Source: an uncultured delta proteobacterium (GTDB lineage: Bacteria > Desulfobacterota > DSM-4660 > Desulfatiglandales > Desulfatiglandaceae). Taken from it: DNA of 64,000 nucleotides. Numbering within the stretch: position 1 is the stretch's first letter; every line of letters begins with the position of its first letter. A model generated the notes under the pieces. The model did no database searches and was not told the DNA's origin. It saw only the letters and a list, made by a program, of their open reading frames with translations. The translations under genes and the position numbers were made by a program. Location of the stretch: assembly GCA_963747015.1 (NCBI GenBank), contig CAVVEP010000018.1, forward strand, positions 506 through 64,505. The letters run 5' to 3'. Below are positions 49,560 to 58,020 of the stretch, piece after piece.

Positions 49560-51137
49560 GTGTCAAAGTCCTTATTGCCTTCATTTTTCTTATCGCTATT
49601 TCCCTTGGGTTTCACCTCTTGCTCCAAATCCTTTTATCAATATCAGTCCACAATCATAAATGATGAAGTCGTTCGGGAAAGAAAGGATCTTACACCCCCG
49701 TCTTTTGACGGCAACCCGCAACTGGATATGATCCTCACCAACAGGAGCCCCATCCTTTCCGTGGAAAATCCCGACGGCATGCTGAGACCCTACACCCTGA
49801 CTTTCGAAATATCCCCTGATCCCGAGTTTCCTTCAGACAGCACGATCCGATACGAAGGGATTGGACAACAAAGCAGGTACATCTCCGAAAAACAGGTGGA
49901 GACCGGGGATGAATTGAAGGATGGAACATACTACTGGAGGGCGAGAACGGTAGACACTGAGGGACATTTCAGCGAATGGATACAAACCAGGTTTATCGTG
50001 GATGTAGCCCATTCCGGTTCTTTTTCCGGCTTTTTGCGCGCTCCCGTTCTTCGCGTCAGTGCGTCGAGCGGAGAAAACCCCGAGAATATGATTGACTGGA
50101 CCGACACGGGCCAGGTCACCTACTGGAACAATGCACCGCGGGCGGCGGGAGAATCGAATAGCTGGGTCGTGTTGGACATGGGGAAACCAACCCCCGTTAC
50201 CCGGTTCTGGATGCTCTCAAACAGAAAATCATCGCCTGCCCCCGGATGGCTCACCCATTTCGTATGGCAATCGAGCAACGATGCCGTCACCTGGACCAAT
50301 ATTGAGGGAACGGAAGTCAGGAACAATGACACCTGCAGAAACACGCTGGATTTCATTCCCGTCAATGCCCGGTATTACCGTCTCGTCATCTATTCGCAGA
50401 ACGCTCTCCAGGCCCGGATCAATGCGCTCATTCCTTATGTAAAGGGAGAACCGGAACTTCCCCGGGTCCCCGATGGCAACTATGTGCTCATTGTGGGCAA
50501 CCAGATGAACGGATTCACCTACAGTCAGGTTGCCCGTTTCGTTGAAAACCAAGGGTTTCCAACCGTTACCGTCGCGCACCAGAACGTGTCGCTCAAGATG
50601 CTTCGGGCGCTCGGGAACAAGCCGATGGCCATCATTTTAAGCGGGAATAACGCGGACTTTCCCTACCTGCCCATGTTTGAGTATTATGGGGAATTCGAGA
50701 TCATTCGAGAAGTTCACGACATCCCCATGTTGGGCATCTGTGCAGGCCATGAATTTTACGCCATGGCTTACGGGATCAGTTTCGCCCGCCCGATGGGATG
50801 GTTCGACGATACCCTGTTTCGTCTGAACCGGGGGGAAAAACCCGTCCCGGTCGAAATTTTACCGGAGTATGCAGGCGATCCCGTCTATCGGGGACTGCCG
50901 AACCCGTTTAAGGCGGTGGAGATCCACAGTTGGGCCGTCAGCCCGCTTTTTCCGCGGGACGTCAGATACAAGGAATTCCGGACCACTGCAAAGACATCCT
51001 ATATCCAGGCACTGAAGAGCTCGGAGAGGCCGCTTTACTCCCAGCAGTTTTACGCGGAAGTGGTGAACGATTACAACCAGAGCAGCCCGTACCTTGTCAA
51101 TTTTTTAAAAATCGCCGAACAATATCGCACAAAATAG
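49560..51137 (+). CDS. Secreted/lipoprotein with a discoidin (F5/8 type C)-like domain and a C-terminal class-I glutamine amidotransferase-like domain
   Basis: Signal peptide with LGFTSC (lipobox-like). DGTYYWRARTVD...W. A discoidin-like segment (SNSWVVLDMGKPTPVTRFWMLS...ARYYRLVI). A GATase1-like nucleophile elbow LGICAGHEF. The start is uncertain: ATG 49550 lies in a neighbouring frame and also encodes a signal-like peptide. Confidence 0.6.
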   Translation: MSKSLLPSFFLSLFPLGFTSCSKSFYQYQSTIINDEVVRERKDLTPPSFDGNPQLDMILTNRSPILSVENPDGMLRPYTLTFEISPDPEFPSDSTIRYEGIGQQSRYISEKQVETGDELKDGTYYWRARTVDTEGHFSEWIQTRFIVDVAHSGSFSGFLRAPVLRVSASSGENPENMIDWTDTGQVTYWNNAPRAAGESNSWVVLDMGKPTPVTRFWMLSNRKSSPAPGWLTHFVWQSSNDAVTWTNIEGTEVRNNDTCRNTLDFIPVNARYYRLVIYSQNALQARINALIPYVKGEPELPRVPDGNYVLIVGNQMNGFTYSQVARFVENQGFPTVTVAHQNVSLKMLRALGNKPMAIILSGNNADFPYLPMFEYYGEFEIIREVHDIPMLGICAGHEFYAMAYGISFARPMGWFDDTLFRLNRGEKPVPVEILPEYAGDPVYRGLPNPFKAVEIHSWAVSPLFPRDVRYKEFRTTAKTSYIQALKSSERPLYSQQFYAEVVNDYNQSSPYLVNFLKIAEQYRTK

Positions 51138-51148
51138 CGTCTTCGGGG

Positions 51149-51532
51149 TTATTTGTTGAAAAGGCTCCGCCAGAAAACCTTTCCTCCTTTGATAAAGGCG
51201 GAAAGGATCGAGACGATTTCCAAAAGCGGTTGTTCCACACGTTTCTGGATCATGGCCTCAAATTCCCTGATGTTGCGCGTGGTTTCCTGCACATGAACCA
51301 GGCTTGCTTCCACCGTGTCCACCCCTTTTCGCGCGGATTTCACCATGGAGCGTACCTCCCCCATGATCTGGGTCACATCATGCAAGAGAGGCGGCGTTTG
51401 AAGACGTATCATCTCCATGAATTTCTGCGCTTCCGTGAAGGCGCCGATCGCTTTGATAAGAAAGATAACGAGGAAAACCGTGATAATGAACAGGAAGATC
51501 GCAATAAAGGTCACGCTGATTGAAATATCCAT
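51149..51532 (-). CDS. DUF948-family membrane-anchored protein
   Basis: An N-terminal TM helix followed by a coiled region, typical of DUF948. Adjacent to a YtxH gene, as is common. Confidence 0.65.
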   Translation of the reverse strand: MDISISVTFIAIFLFIITVFLVIFLIKAIGAFTEAQKFMEMIRLQTPPLLHDVTQIMGEVRSMVKSARKGVDTVEASLVHVQETTRNIREFEAMIQKRVEQPLLEIVSILSAFIKGGKVFWRSLFNK

Positions 51533-51538
51533 AGGCGC

Positions 51539-51973
51539 CTACTCCGTCTTTTCAGTCTTCTTCGATTTTTCTTCTTTGTAGGCGGTAACGCCCGCCGTTA
51601 TGGCCTCTTTTATTCTGCCTTTCTCCTCGACAACCGCCGCTTTACCTTCTTTCATTTGCGAACCGACCGCTGCCGCCGTATCTTTGGCCGCGGATGCCAC
51701 ATTTTGTTTCAGTTCCTCCAGTTGTCTTTTGGTTTCCATCAGGACCTCTTCCGCTCTTTTCTGCATCGCTTCGAGCCTCTCCAGACCACTGTCCTTCAGT
51801 TCCAGCGAATACTTCCGAATATCGTCCCTCGTTTCCTTTCCGCTTTTGGGCGCGAACAAAAGTCCCGCCAACGCGCCAAACACTCCCCCGAACAAGAATC
51901 CCTTGAAGAAATCAAAACCACCGCCGTTGTTTGCCATCGCATCCTCCATGAGCTGGTTCCTGTATAAGAACAA
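51539..51973 (-). CDS. YtxH-domain protein
   Basis: FLFGGVFGALAGLLFAPKSGKETRDD is the YtxH signature. The true start is probably an internal Met (MEDAMANNGG or MANNGG). Confidence 0.7.
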   Translation of the reverse strand: MFLYRNQLMEDAMANNGGGFDFFKGFLFGGVFGALAGLLFAPKSGKETRDDIRKYSLELKDSGLERLEAMQKRAEEVLMETKRQLEELKQNVASAAKDTAAAVGSQMKEGKAAVVEEKGRIKEAITAGVTAYKEEKSKKTEKTE

Positions 51974-52144
51974 TTATTAAACAGTATAGAGAGGAGAATT
52001 CCATGCGTCAAGACGAAGCTGCGCTATGCCACCCGCCTTTTTCAATGCATCAAAAGAAAATATTAATTAATTGGTCCTAAAAACGGCTCCCGTCTTTAGA
52101 AGGTCGTTGTTGAGTTGCTGCCAGATCATATCATAAATTAGGCA

Positions 52145-52160
52145 CCCCCCCCCCAAAAAA
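52145..52160. repeat. C10 A6 homopolymer tract
   Basis: GGCA-CCCCCCCCCC-AAAAAA at 52145-52160, about 160 nt upstream of the GT1 gene start. Confidence 0.9.
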
Positions 52161-52316
52161 CAGTCCTTTACATTTGCAGAATCATATGCCTAAGTAAAAA
52201 ATGCCCTGATAGTTAAGAGCTATATCTAAAAAGAGGTTGCCATGTATTCCTATCCCAAATTCCATTGGTAAATTAAAGACCATTTGAGTTAAAGGACAGG
52301 ACTTCGAAGGATACAG

Positions 52317-53537
52317 ATGAGTTGCAAGGTGCTATACGTGAGCGGTTCGCTCGGCCTAGGTCATGTGACACGCGATCTTGCGATCGCCGCAGAGATGCGC
52401 CGGATGTATCCCGAGGTAGAAATCGTGTGGATCGCGGGATCACCTGCCTCCGATGTCCTTGCAGCGGTTGGAGAGAGACTGGTGCCCGAACAAGTAAAGT
52501 ATCGGGGGGAAACTGATCTTGCAGAGACAGTTGCGCGCAACGGTCGCCTGAGTCTCACGGCCTACGTGTACCATGCTTTAACATCCTGGTTTCATAATGC
52601 GCGTCTGATAGGAAAGGTTGCATCGCAAGGCAATTTCGATGTCATCGTCGGGAATGAAACCTACGAGATCCCTGTCACTAATTTTTTCGGTATGCGCGTG
52701 TTGCCGACGACCGTCCCTTTTGTAATGATGTACGATTTTTGGGGATTGGAGGTCACATCCGGGAACATGATCGAGAGGGTCGGCGCATGGATGCTCAATC
52801 TCGTCTGGACGCAAGAATGGCGCGTGACTGCCCGTGGGCAGAACATCGCCATCTTCTTCGGCGAGATCGAGGACTTGCCGGACCGGCCCTTCGGTGTCCT
52901 GTTGCCCAACCGCCGCCGTTACGCTGAGAGACACGTCGAATTCGTTGGCTACCCTTTACAATTCATTGCAAAAGACGTTCCTCAAAGGAATTTCTTGCGG
53001 CGAAAGCTTGGATACGACGATGGACCACTCGTGATTTGTACTGTGGGCGGTACATCAATCGGGCGCGATCTCCTTGAGCTTTGCGGACGCGCGTTCCCTC
53101 TCGTTACAGCCCATGTACCCGGCCTACGTATGGTCATTGTCGCTGGACCTCGTATCAACCCGAAGTCGCTCGACGTACCTAAAGAAATCGACCGTCGGGC
53201 GATGGTACCACAGTTATGGCAGCATATGGCTGCCTGCGATCTGGCAGTTGTGCAAGGTGGTGGCACGACCACTCTTGAGCTTGAGGCATTGCGCGTGCCC
53301 TTTCTGTTCTTTCCGATCGAACACCATTCCGAACAGGAGGTCACAGTTGTCAACCGTCTATCCCGTCACGGAGCCGGAGTGCGTATGCACTTGTCGTCGA
53401 CAAGTCCTCAGGATATGGCCGAAGCTATTGTTGCCAATCTTGGCGTTGAGGTTTCGTACCCGGAGATACCGACTGACGGAGCACGCTTGGCAGCGAAATG
53501 TATACTGGAGCGTGCAGGAATCCATGGGGTGGAATAA
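52317..53537 (+). CDS. GT-B fold glycosyltransferase (GT1/GT28, UDP-glycosyltransferase/MurG-like)
   Basis: N-terminal VSGSLGLGHVTRDLAIA. C-terminal VVQGGGTTTLELEALRVPFLFFP nucleotide-sugar-binding motif. Intact 406-aa ORF. Confidence 0.75.
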   Translation: MSCKVLYVSGSLGLGHVTRDLAIAAEMRRMYPEVEIVWIAGSPASDVLAAVGERLVPEQVKYRGETDLAETVARNGRLSLTAYVYHALTSWFHNARLIGKVASQGNFDVIVGNETYEIPVTNFFGMRVLPTTVPFVMMYDFWGLEVTSGNMIERVGAWMLNLVWTQEWRVTARGQNIAIFFGEIEDLPDRPFGVLLPNRRRYAERHVEFVGYPLQFIAKDVPQRNFLRRKLGYDDGPLVICTVGGTSIGRDLLELCGRAFPLVTAHVPGLRMVIVAGPRINPKSLDVPKEIDRRAMVPQLWQHMAACDLAVVQGGGTTTLELEALRVPFLFFPIEHHSEQEVTVVNRLSRHGAGVRMHLSSTSPQDMAEAIVANLGVEVSYPEIPTDGARLAAKCILERAGIHGVE

Positions 53538-53735
53538 GACTATGAGGGTTTTAAGTAGCGCGGTAGAAGAAGTTCTCAGTGAAGTAGGTCTCTGATTTTA
53601 ATCCGGTATCACAAAGGGCGAATCGGGTAGCCGGGGGTTTTTCTCCCCCAGCCCCCACCCCACTCAGCAAGCGTGGTCTGCCCCAAGAGAACTTCCGATG
53701 CGCGCACACGGGGCGGGTCACAGTGCTCCGATGCT

Positions 53736-53749
53736 CCGGGGTCGGACCA
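53736..53749. repeat. REP-like 14-bp inverted repeat, left copy, flanking the RAYT remnant
   Basis: CCGGGGTCGGACCA at 53736-53749 is the exact reverse complement of TGGTCCGACCCCGG at 54270-54283. Confidence 0.7.
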
Positions 53750-53855
53750 AGGCAAGTCGTTCAATACGATCAAGAAAGTTCGTTCAATGGATCTGATTTT
53801 GGTGCTTAAATCGATGTTTTTTGGCTGGAAAAGGTTACTCTAAGGATGAAACCTG

Positions 53856-54134
53856 ATGCCGAGAGCAAACCGGCATTACATACCGGGTTATGTGTGGCAC
53901 ATTACCCATCGATGCAATAAGAAGGAGTTCCTCCTCCAGTTTGACAGGGACCACCGTCGTTGGCCCCAGTGACTTTTTGAGGCCAAGACGCGTTACGGCT
54001 TTAGCGTACCCAATTACACGGTGACTTCTGATCACATTCACCTCCTTGTCCGAGATGGTGGTGATAGAGACGTAATACCCAAATCGATGCAATTGGAGAG
54101 AAGCTTGGGTTCAAGGCGAAAGGACGTGAGGTGA
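53856..54134 (+). pseudogene. RAYT / IS200-like Y1 (HUH) transposase remnant with an in-frame TGA and a 3' truncation
   Basis: MPRANRHYIPGYVWHITHRCNKKEFLLQFDRDHRRWPQ*LFEAKTRYGFSVPNYTVTSDHIHLLV. The HUH motif is present, TGA 53970-53972 interrupts the frame, and homology ends after ..DVIPKSMQL. Confidence 0.65.
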
Positions 54135-54269
54135 TTGGAGACGACGGGAGCAACAACTGAAGGAATCCCGGGCACCTTACAAGGGCAATTTGGCGCTCGA
54201 AAATGAGCGTCTAATGCTTCAAAATGAATATTTCCGGGAAGATTCTGTTTAAGCATCAATATGATGGCG

Positions 54270-54283
54270 TGGTCCGACCCCGG
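54270..54283. repeat. REP-like 14-bp inverted repeat, right copy
   Basis: TGGTCCGACCCCGG is the exact inverted partner of 53736-53749. Confidence 0.7.
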
Positions 54284-54365
54284 CCTCGCCCGGCCTCCGG
54301 CCTTGCAGCAGTTCAGCACGGCCACAATCTAAGCTGAGGCCACATATGTTGTGGTCGATATTCCA

Positions 54366-54394
54366 TTGACACACAATAGACATCATTCTATAGT
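54366..54394 (+). promoter_or_regulatory. Sigma70-like promoter upstream of the Kelch-repeat gene
   Basis: TTGACA (54366-54371), a 17-nt spacer, then TATAGT (54389-54394). Confidence 0.4.
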
Positions 54395-54547
54395 TCTCAC
54401 TTGGAAAAGATATGTCTTATTAGTTTAATAACTTACAGTGGGAGATTCTCTATATTGTTTCAACAAGAAAGGTAATTCTTATAACATCACGGGAAATTTC
54501 CAACAGGGGCGGGGAACTTTTCTTCGAATCAAGCAGGGAGGTTTTCA

Positions 54548-56107
54548 ATGAGATTTTTGATAACAAGGGTTTTTTTGACTAAAAGCTGGTTGCTCGGCTG
54601 CGGTATCTGGTTGAACTTATTTTTCATCTTTATCTCCATCTCCGGCAGTGCCGATGCTCAGCCGCTTAACTGGGTGCGAAAGTCGGACATGGTGATTCAT
54701 CGTACTATGCTGGCGGTTGCCGAAGCAGGTGGCATCGCGTATGCCATCGGCGGGTATTATGGTCCAGAAGGAGATGTTTTACTGAGCGCGAAAAAATTTA
54801 TTCCCAATATCAATGATTGGGAGCGGATAGCCGATATGCCGTTTCCCAGGGAGAACCATGGCGCGGTGGGTTACAGTGGCAAGGTGTACGTTTTTTGGAG
54901 GACAATATTCGTATTATAAAAAGCCGCCCGACGACTGGGTGCTCGATTGGTTATCCAGATGCGCACCGGTTCTTGTCTATACGCCGGAGAGCAATACATG
55001 GAGCACAAAGGCATCCATGCCCACTCCGCGCTCAGGAGTGGCTGTCGCGGAACTGAACGGAGAGATCTGGGTGATTGGCGGGGTTGAAGATCCAGACCCC
55101 GGGCCGCCGAGCCTGAGCACGGTGATCAGCAATAAGGTGGAGATTTATAATCCGGAGAAAAACAGTTGGCGCACGGTCCTCCGCTGCCGGCAGGGCGCTA
55201 TCATCATGCTGCCGCAACGGTAGACGGCAGGATTTACGTTTCCGGAGGTTCGCAGAGTGGCTCAAGCCTTCCGCCTTACTGGTATGAAGCATATACCATG
55301 TACACCTCATCAGGCAGCGGCTGGACCCAGCTTTCCAACATGCCCCTGCGACGCATGAGCCATACCATGGTTGGTTTTCAGGGGAAGCTCTATATCATGG
55401 GAGGCCGGGTATACACCAGTACAGATCCCAACTTAACCACCTCGGAGGTGTCGGATAGCGTCATTGAATATGATCCTGCTGACGATTCCTATCAGTCCAT
55501 TACCAATATGCTTTCTGAAAAATGGTATCATGGTGCAGTGCAGGCAACCGGTACCATATATACGATTGGCGGTTCGAATGATTTCTATGAAACCGCGGCC
55601 GGATCTATTCTCGACAATACGGAAGCTGGTACCGTGCCGGCATGTTCGGTTCAGGTGGATGCGAATGTTACGGTGAGCGGCAGTGGAACAGGCAAGGTAT
55701 ACAGTACTCCGGGCATCAATTGTGGCCTGGATTGCAATGAGAAATACTGCGTTGGCACACCGGTGACGTTTACGGCAGCAGCGGAGAGTGGGTCGGAATT
55801 CGTGCAATGGAGCGGCGACTGCACTGGAACCGATGTATCCTGCACCCTGGAAATGAACACCAATAAAAATATAACAGCTGAGTTTTCAATTCCGTCATGC
55901 CCTGAATGTCCTTCTGATGGCATCATTACAAATGTAACATATCCGGAAAACGAGACGTGTTCATGCACCAATGCCACATCTATCACCTTAGGCGGCACGG
56001 TAACGGTTGAAACTGGGGCCACGGTCAACTTGACTGCGCCGAAAGTTACACTCCTGCCTGGATTTCATGCAGAAGAAGGATCTTCACTTAACATAAACCA
56101 ACCGTAA
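54548..56107 (+). CDS. Secreted Kelch-repeat beta-propeller protein with a C-terminal Cys-containing beta-repeat region. Two frame breaks.
   Basis: Signal peptide (..SGSADAQ). Repeated Kelch-like units (AIGGYYG, VYVFGG, IWVIGG, IYVSGG, LYIMGG, IYTIGG). A C-terminal VSGSGTGKVYSTPGINCGLDC...FVQWSGDC module and a ..LLPGFHAEEGSSL tail. Breaks lie at the T6 run 54891-54896 and at ~55172. Confidence 0.75.
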
Positions 56108-56334
56108 GGTACTATGATTTTTTCATACAACAGTAACCAATCATCTGATTCTGCAGGAAGATGACGTAATACCCAAATCAGGCTTGGTCCTAACTTCGCA
56201 CATTTAGACGAAGAACGATAAAAAGAAAGTTCGATTCGAGAAAATGCGGGACATTTTAAGTTCGATCTGATATGAGAAAATAGGTGAGCGCTAACTAACT
56301 TACGGCCTGGGGGTCGGGATAGAAGTGCAGCGCG

Positions 56335-56974
56335 CGCAGTCTTAGGTGCAGAGTTTCCGACACGCACCCTTTCGGTATGTGCGGCGGGTTCCTAATTCCA
56401 CCTTAACTCATGTGTCTGTAAGCCCCCCGTTTCATCCCTGACGGTCGGATTTCTCCCGCTAAAGCGGGATTGGCGACCATGGCTTTCCTCAAACAGCCTT
56501 CCCAATACTGCGGAAGCTTAAGTGCAGGCTCACATACACCCCTCGCCGCATTGGTTTACTGCTTGGCTCGCGTTGGAGTTTTGATGTTCCAGCTTATCCA
56601 GGCCTTGTATCCTGCGCTGGGATCCTTCCAACACCGCCATGCGCCGAGAGCCCCTTTGCCTGCAAAAAGCGTTACCTCTTGCAGCGTGATGTTTCACAAC
56701 ACGTCAGGAGGAGTTACCCTCCCTTCCGCCGCTCATACTGGCTCATGCGCCAAACCAAATTCCTCCCGCCGTCTTCACTTTACCTAATACTGCGGGTCTT
56801 TGTCCCGCAGGGCGGGATCACTCCGCCCCGGCTGGAAGATGGCCCTTCCCGACATTATCTCTGCAATCCTTACATAGGCGCTTGGACCCCTACCCCGTGG
56901 CGTCCCTCCGGTGCATTTGCTCGCTTCTTCCCGAAGAACAACGGCCTCACCTTAGACGTATAAGTCCGGCACAC
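56335..56974 (-). ncRNA. Structured-RNA-like segment. My best guess is the 5' portion (domains I-III/IV) of an ORF-less or truncated group II intron.
   Basis: Read on the minus strand it starts GTGTGCCGGAC (GUGYG-like) at 56974. It is purine-rich and packed with short perfect hairpins (CTGCGGG-N7-CCCGCAG, CCCGC-TTTA-GCGGG, GGAGG-N6-CCTCC, CGCAC..CC-GAAA-GG..GTGCG). It has no credible ORF on either strand. I could not find a canonical domain V or a reverse transcriptase. Confidence 0.3.
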
Positions 56975-57302
56975 CAAAACTATCCCGGTAATGCAACTTC
57001 AACCGGGTATTTTTTCTCGGGGCTGCAGTCATTCACTAATGTTCAGGCTCCCATCGCCATCGGCGGATAGACCCCCAGGTTGCACCCACCGCTGAAGATC
57101 TAAGTCTTCATAGCAGCCGGGCCGTTTACACCACGCATAGTCTGGTTGATTACTTGCCCCAGAATGTGGTATCGCTACGTATCCGACACGAGCAACTGAT
57201 ACGGCTGGACTTCCACCAGCTGGATTGCAGCCTTGTCGGCCGCTCCGACGTCCATAAAATTATTAAATTGATGGCGACCGTTCCTTTTGGTATGTTTTCA
57301 GC

Positions 57303-57913
57303 ATGCTCAGACAAGCCCGAATCGACGCGCCAGGTGCTCTCCACCACACCATCATCAGGGGGATTGAACGAAAACAAATCTTTCAGGATGATTTGGACAG
57401 GGATGATTTCCTGAACAGAATAGGTAATATACTGCGTGAATCCAAGACCGGATGCTACGCGTGGGTCTTGCTGCCAAATCACGAACACATTCTGCTTCGA
57501 ACGGGGCTTGTTTCCATTGCCGCGATCATGAGGCGGCTTCTTACCGGATGCGCAAGAGGATACAATCACCGTCATCGTAGACACGGGCAGCTTTTCCAAA
57601 ATCGCTACAAATCCATTCCGTGCCAGAAGACGCGTATCTCCTTTAATTGGTGCGATAATCATCTACCACCAGCAGAGCTGGTGGTTTAATGTAAGGCAAT
57701 TACCTGAATCCGTTGCGTGCGAAGGTAGTGAAAGACCTCAAGGAGTTGGAGAAGTATCCGTACTCGGGGCATGGAATTCTTGTGGGAAAAGAAAAAAACG
57801 ATTGGCAGGATGTTGGTTATGTGCTCGGATATTTCGGCCCAGATTTTGGGATAGCTCGCAGGCGATTGCCGACAAAAATGGCTTTCAAGTTCTGGACGAA
57901 TGATATTTTATGA
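57303..57913 (+). pseudogene. RAYT / IS200-like Y1 (HUH) transposase, decayed (frame breaks, stops, small hairpin insertion)
   Basis: MLRQARIDAPGALHHTIIRGIERKQIF...LLPNHEHILLRTG...RHRRHGQLFQNRYKS, then CQEDAYLL*LVR* in a shifted frame. A roughly 40-nt insertion follows, then NYLNPLRAKVVKDLKELEKYPYSGHG. Confidence 0.7.
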
Positions 57914-58020
57914 TTTTATGAACATCCCGAAAATCTCCAATAGCCCTAACACGGATTTGAAACAAAATGCCGAAGGAGCTGCCGTGAAACGGCAAAACCC
58001 TGGCCGGCGGCCAAAAGACA

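Noticed and set aside
53970-53972. In-frame TGA in the first RAYT remnant as a possible selenocysteine codon
   Set aside because: Y1/HUH transposases are not selenoproteins, and the position aligns with an ordinary hydrophobic/Trp position. No SECIS-like hairpin follows, and the gene is truncated anyway.
56335-56400. Hairpin CCG-C-CGCAC-ATA-CC-GAAA-GG-GTGCG-TGT-CGG considered as group II intron domain V
   Set aside because: The bulge is on the wrong (5') side, there is no AGC/CGC triad helix of the right length, and no domain VI follows. The intron call is therefore kept at low confidence and described as a fragment.
56470-56963. Plus-strand ORFs 56470-56787, 56679-56963 and 56882-57070
   Set aside because: They are Pro/Ser/Leu/Ala-rich, mutually overlapping and without motifs. 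They lie opposite the structured, purine-rich strand and are most likely non-coding.
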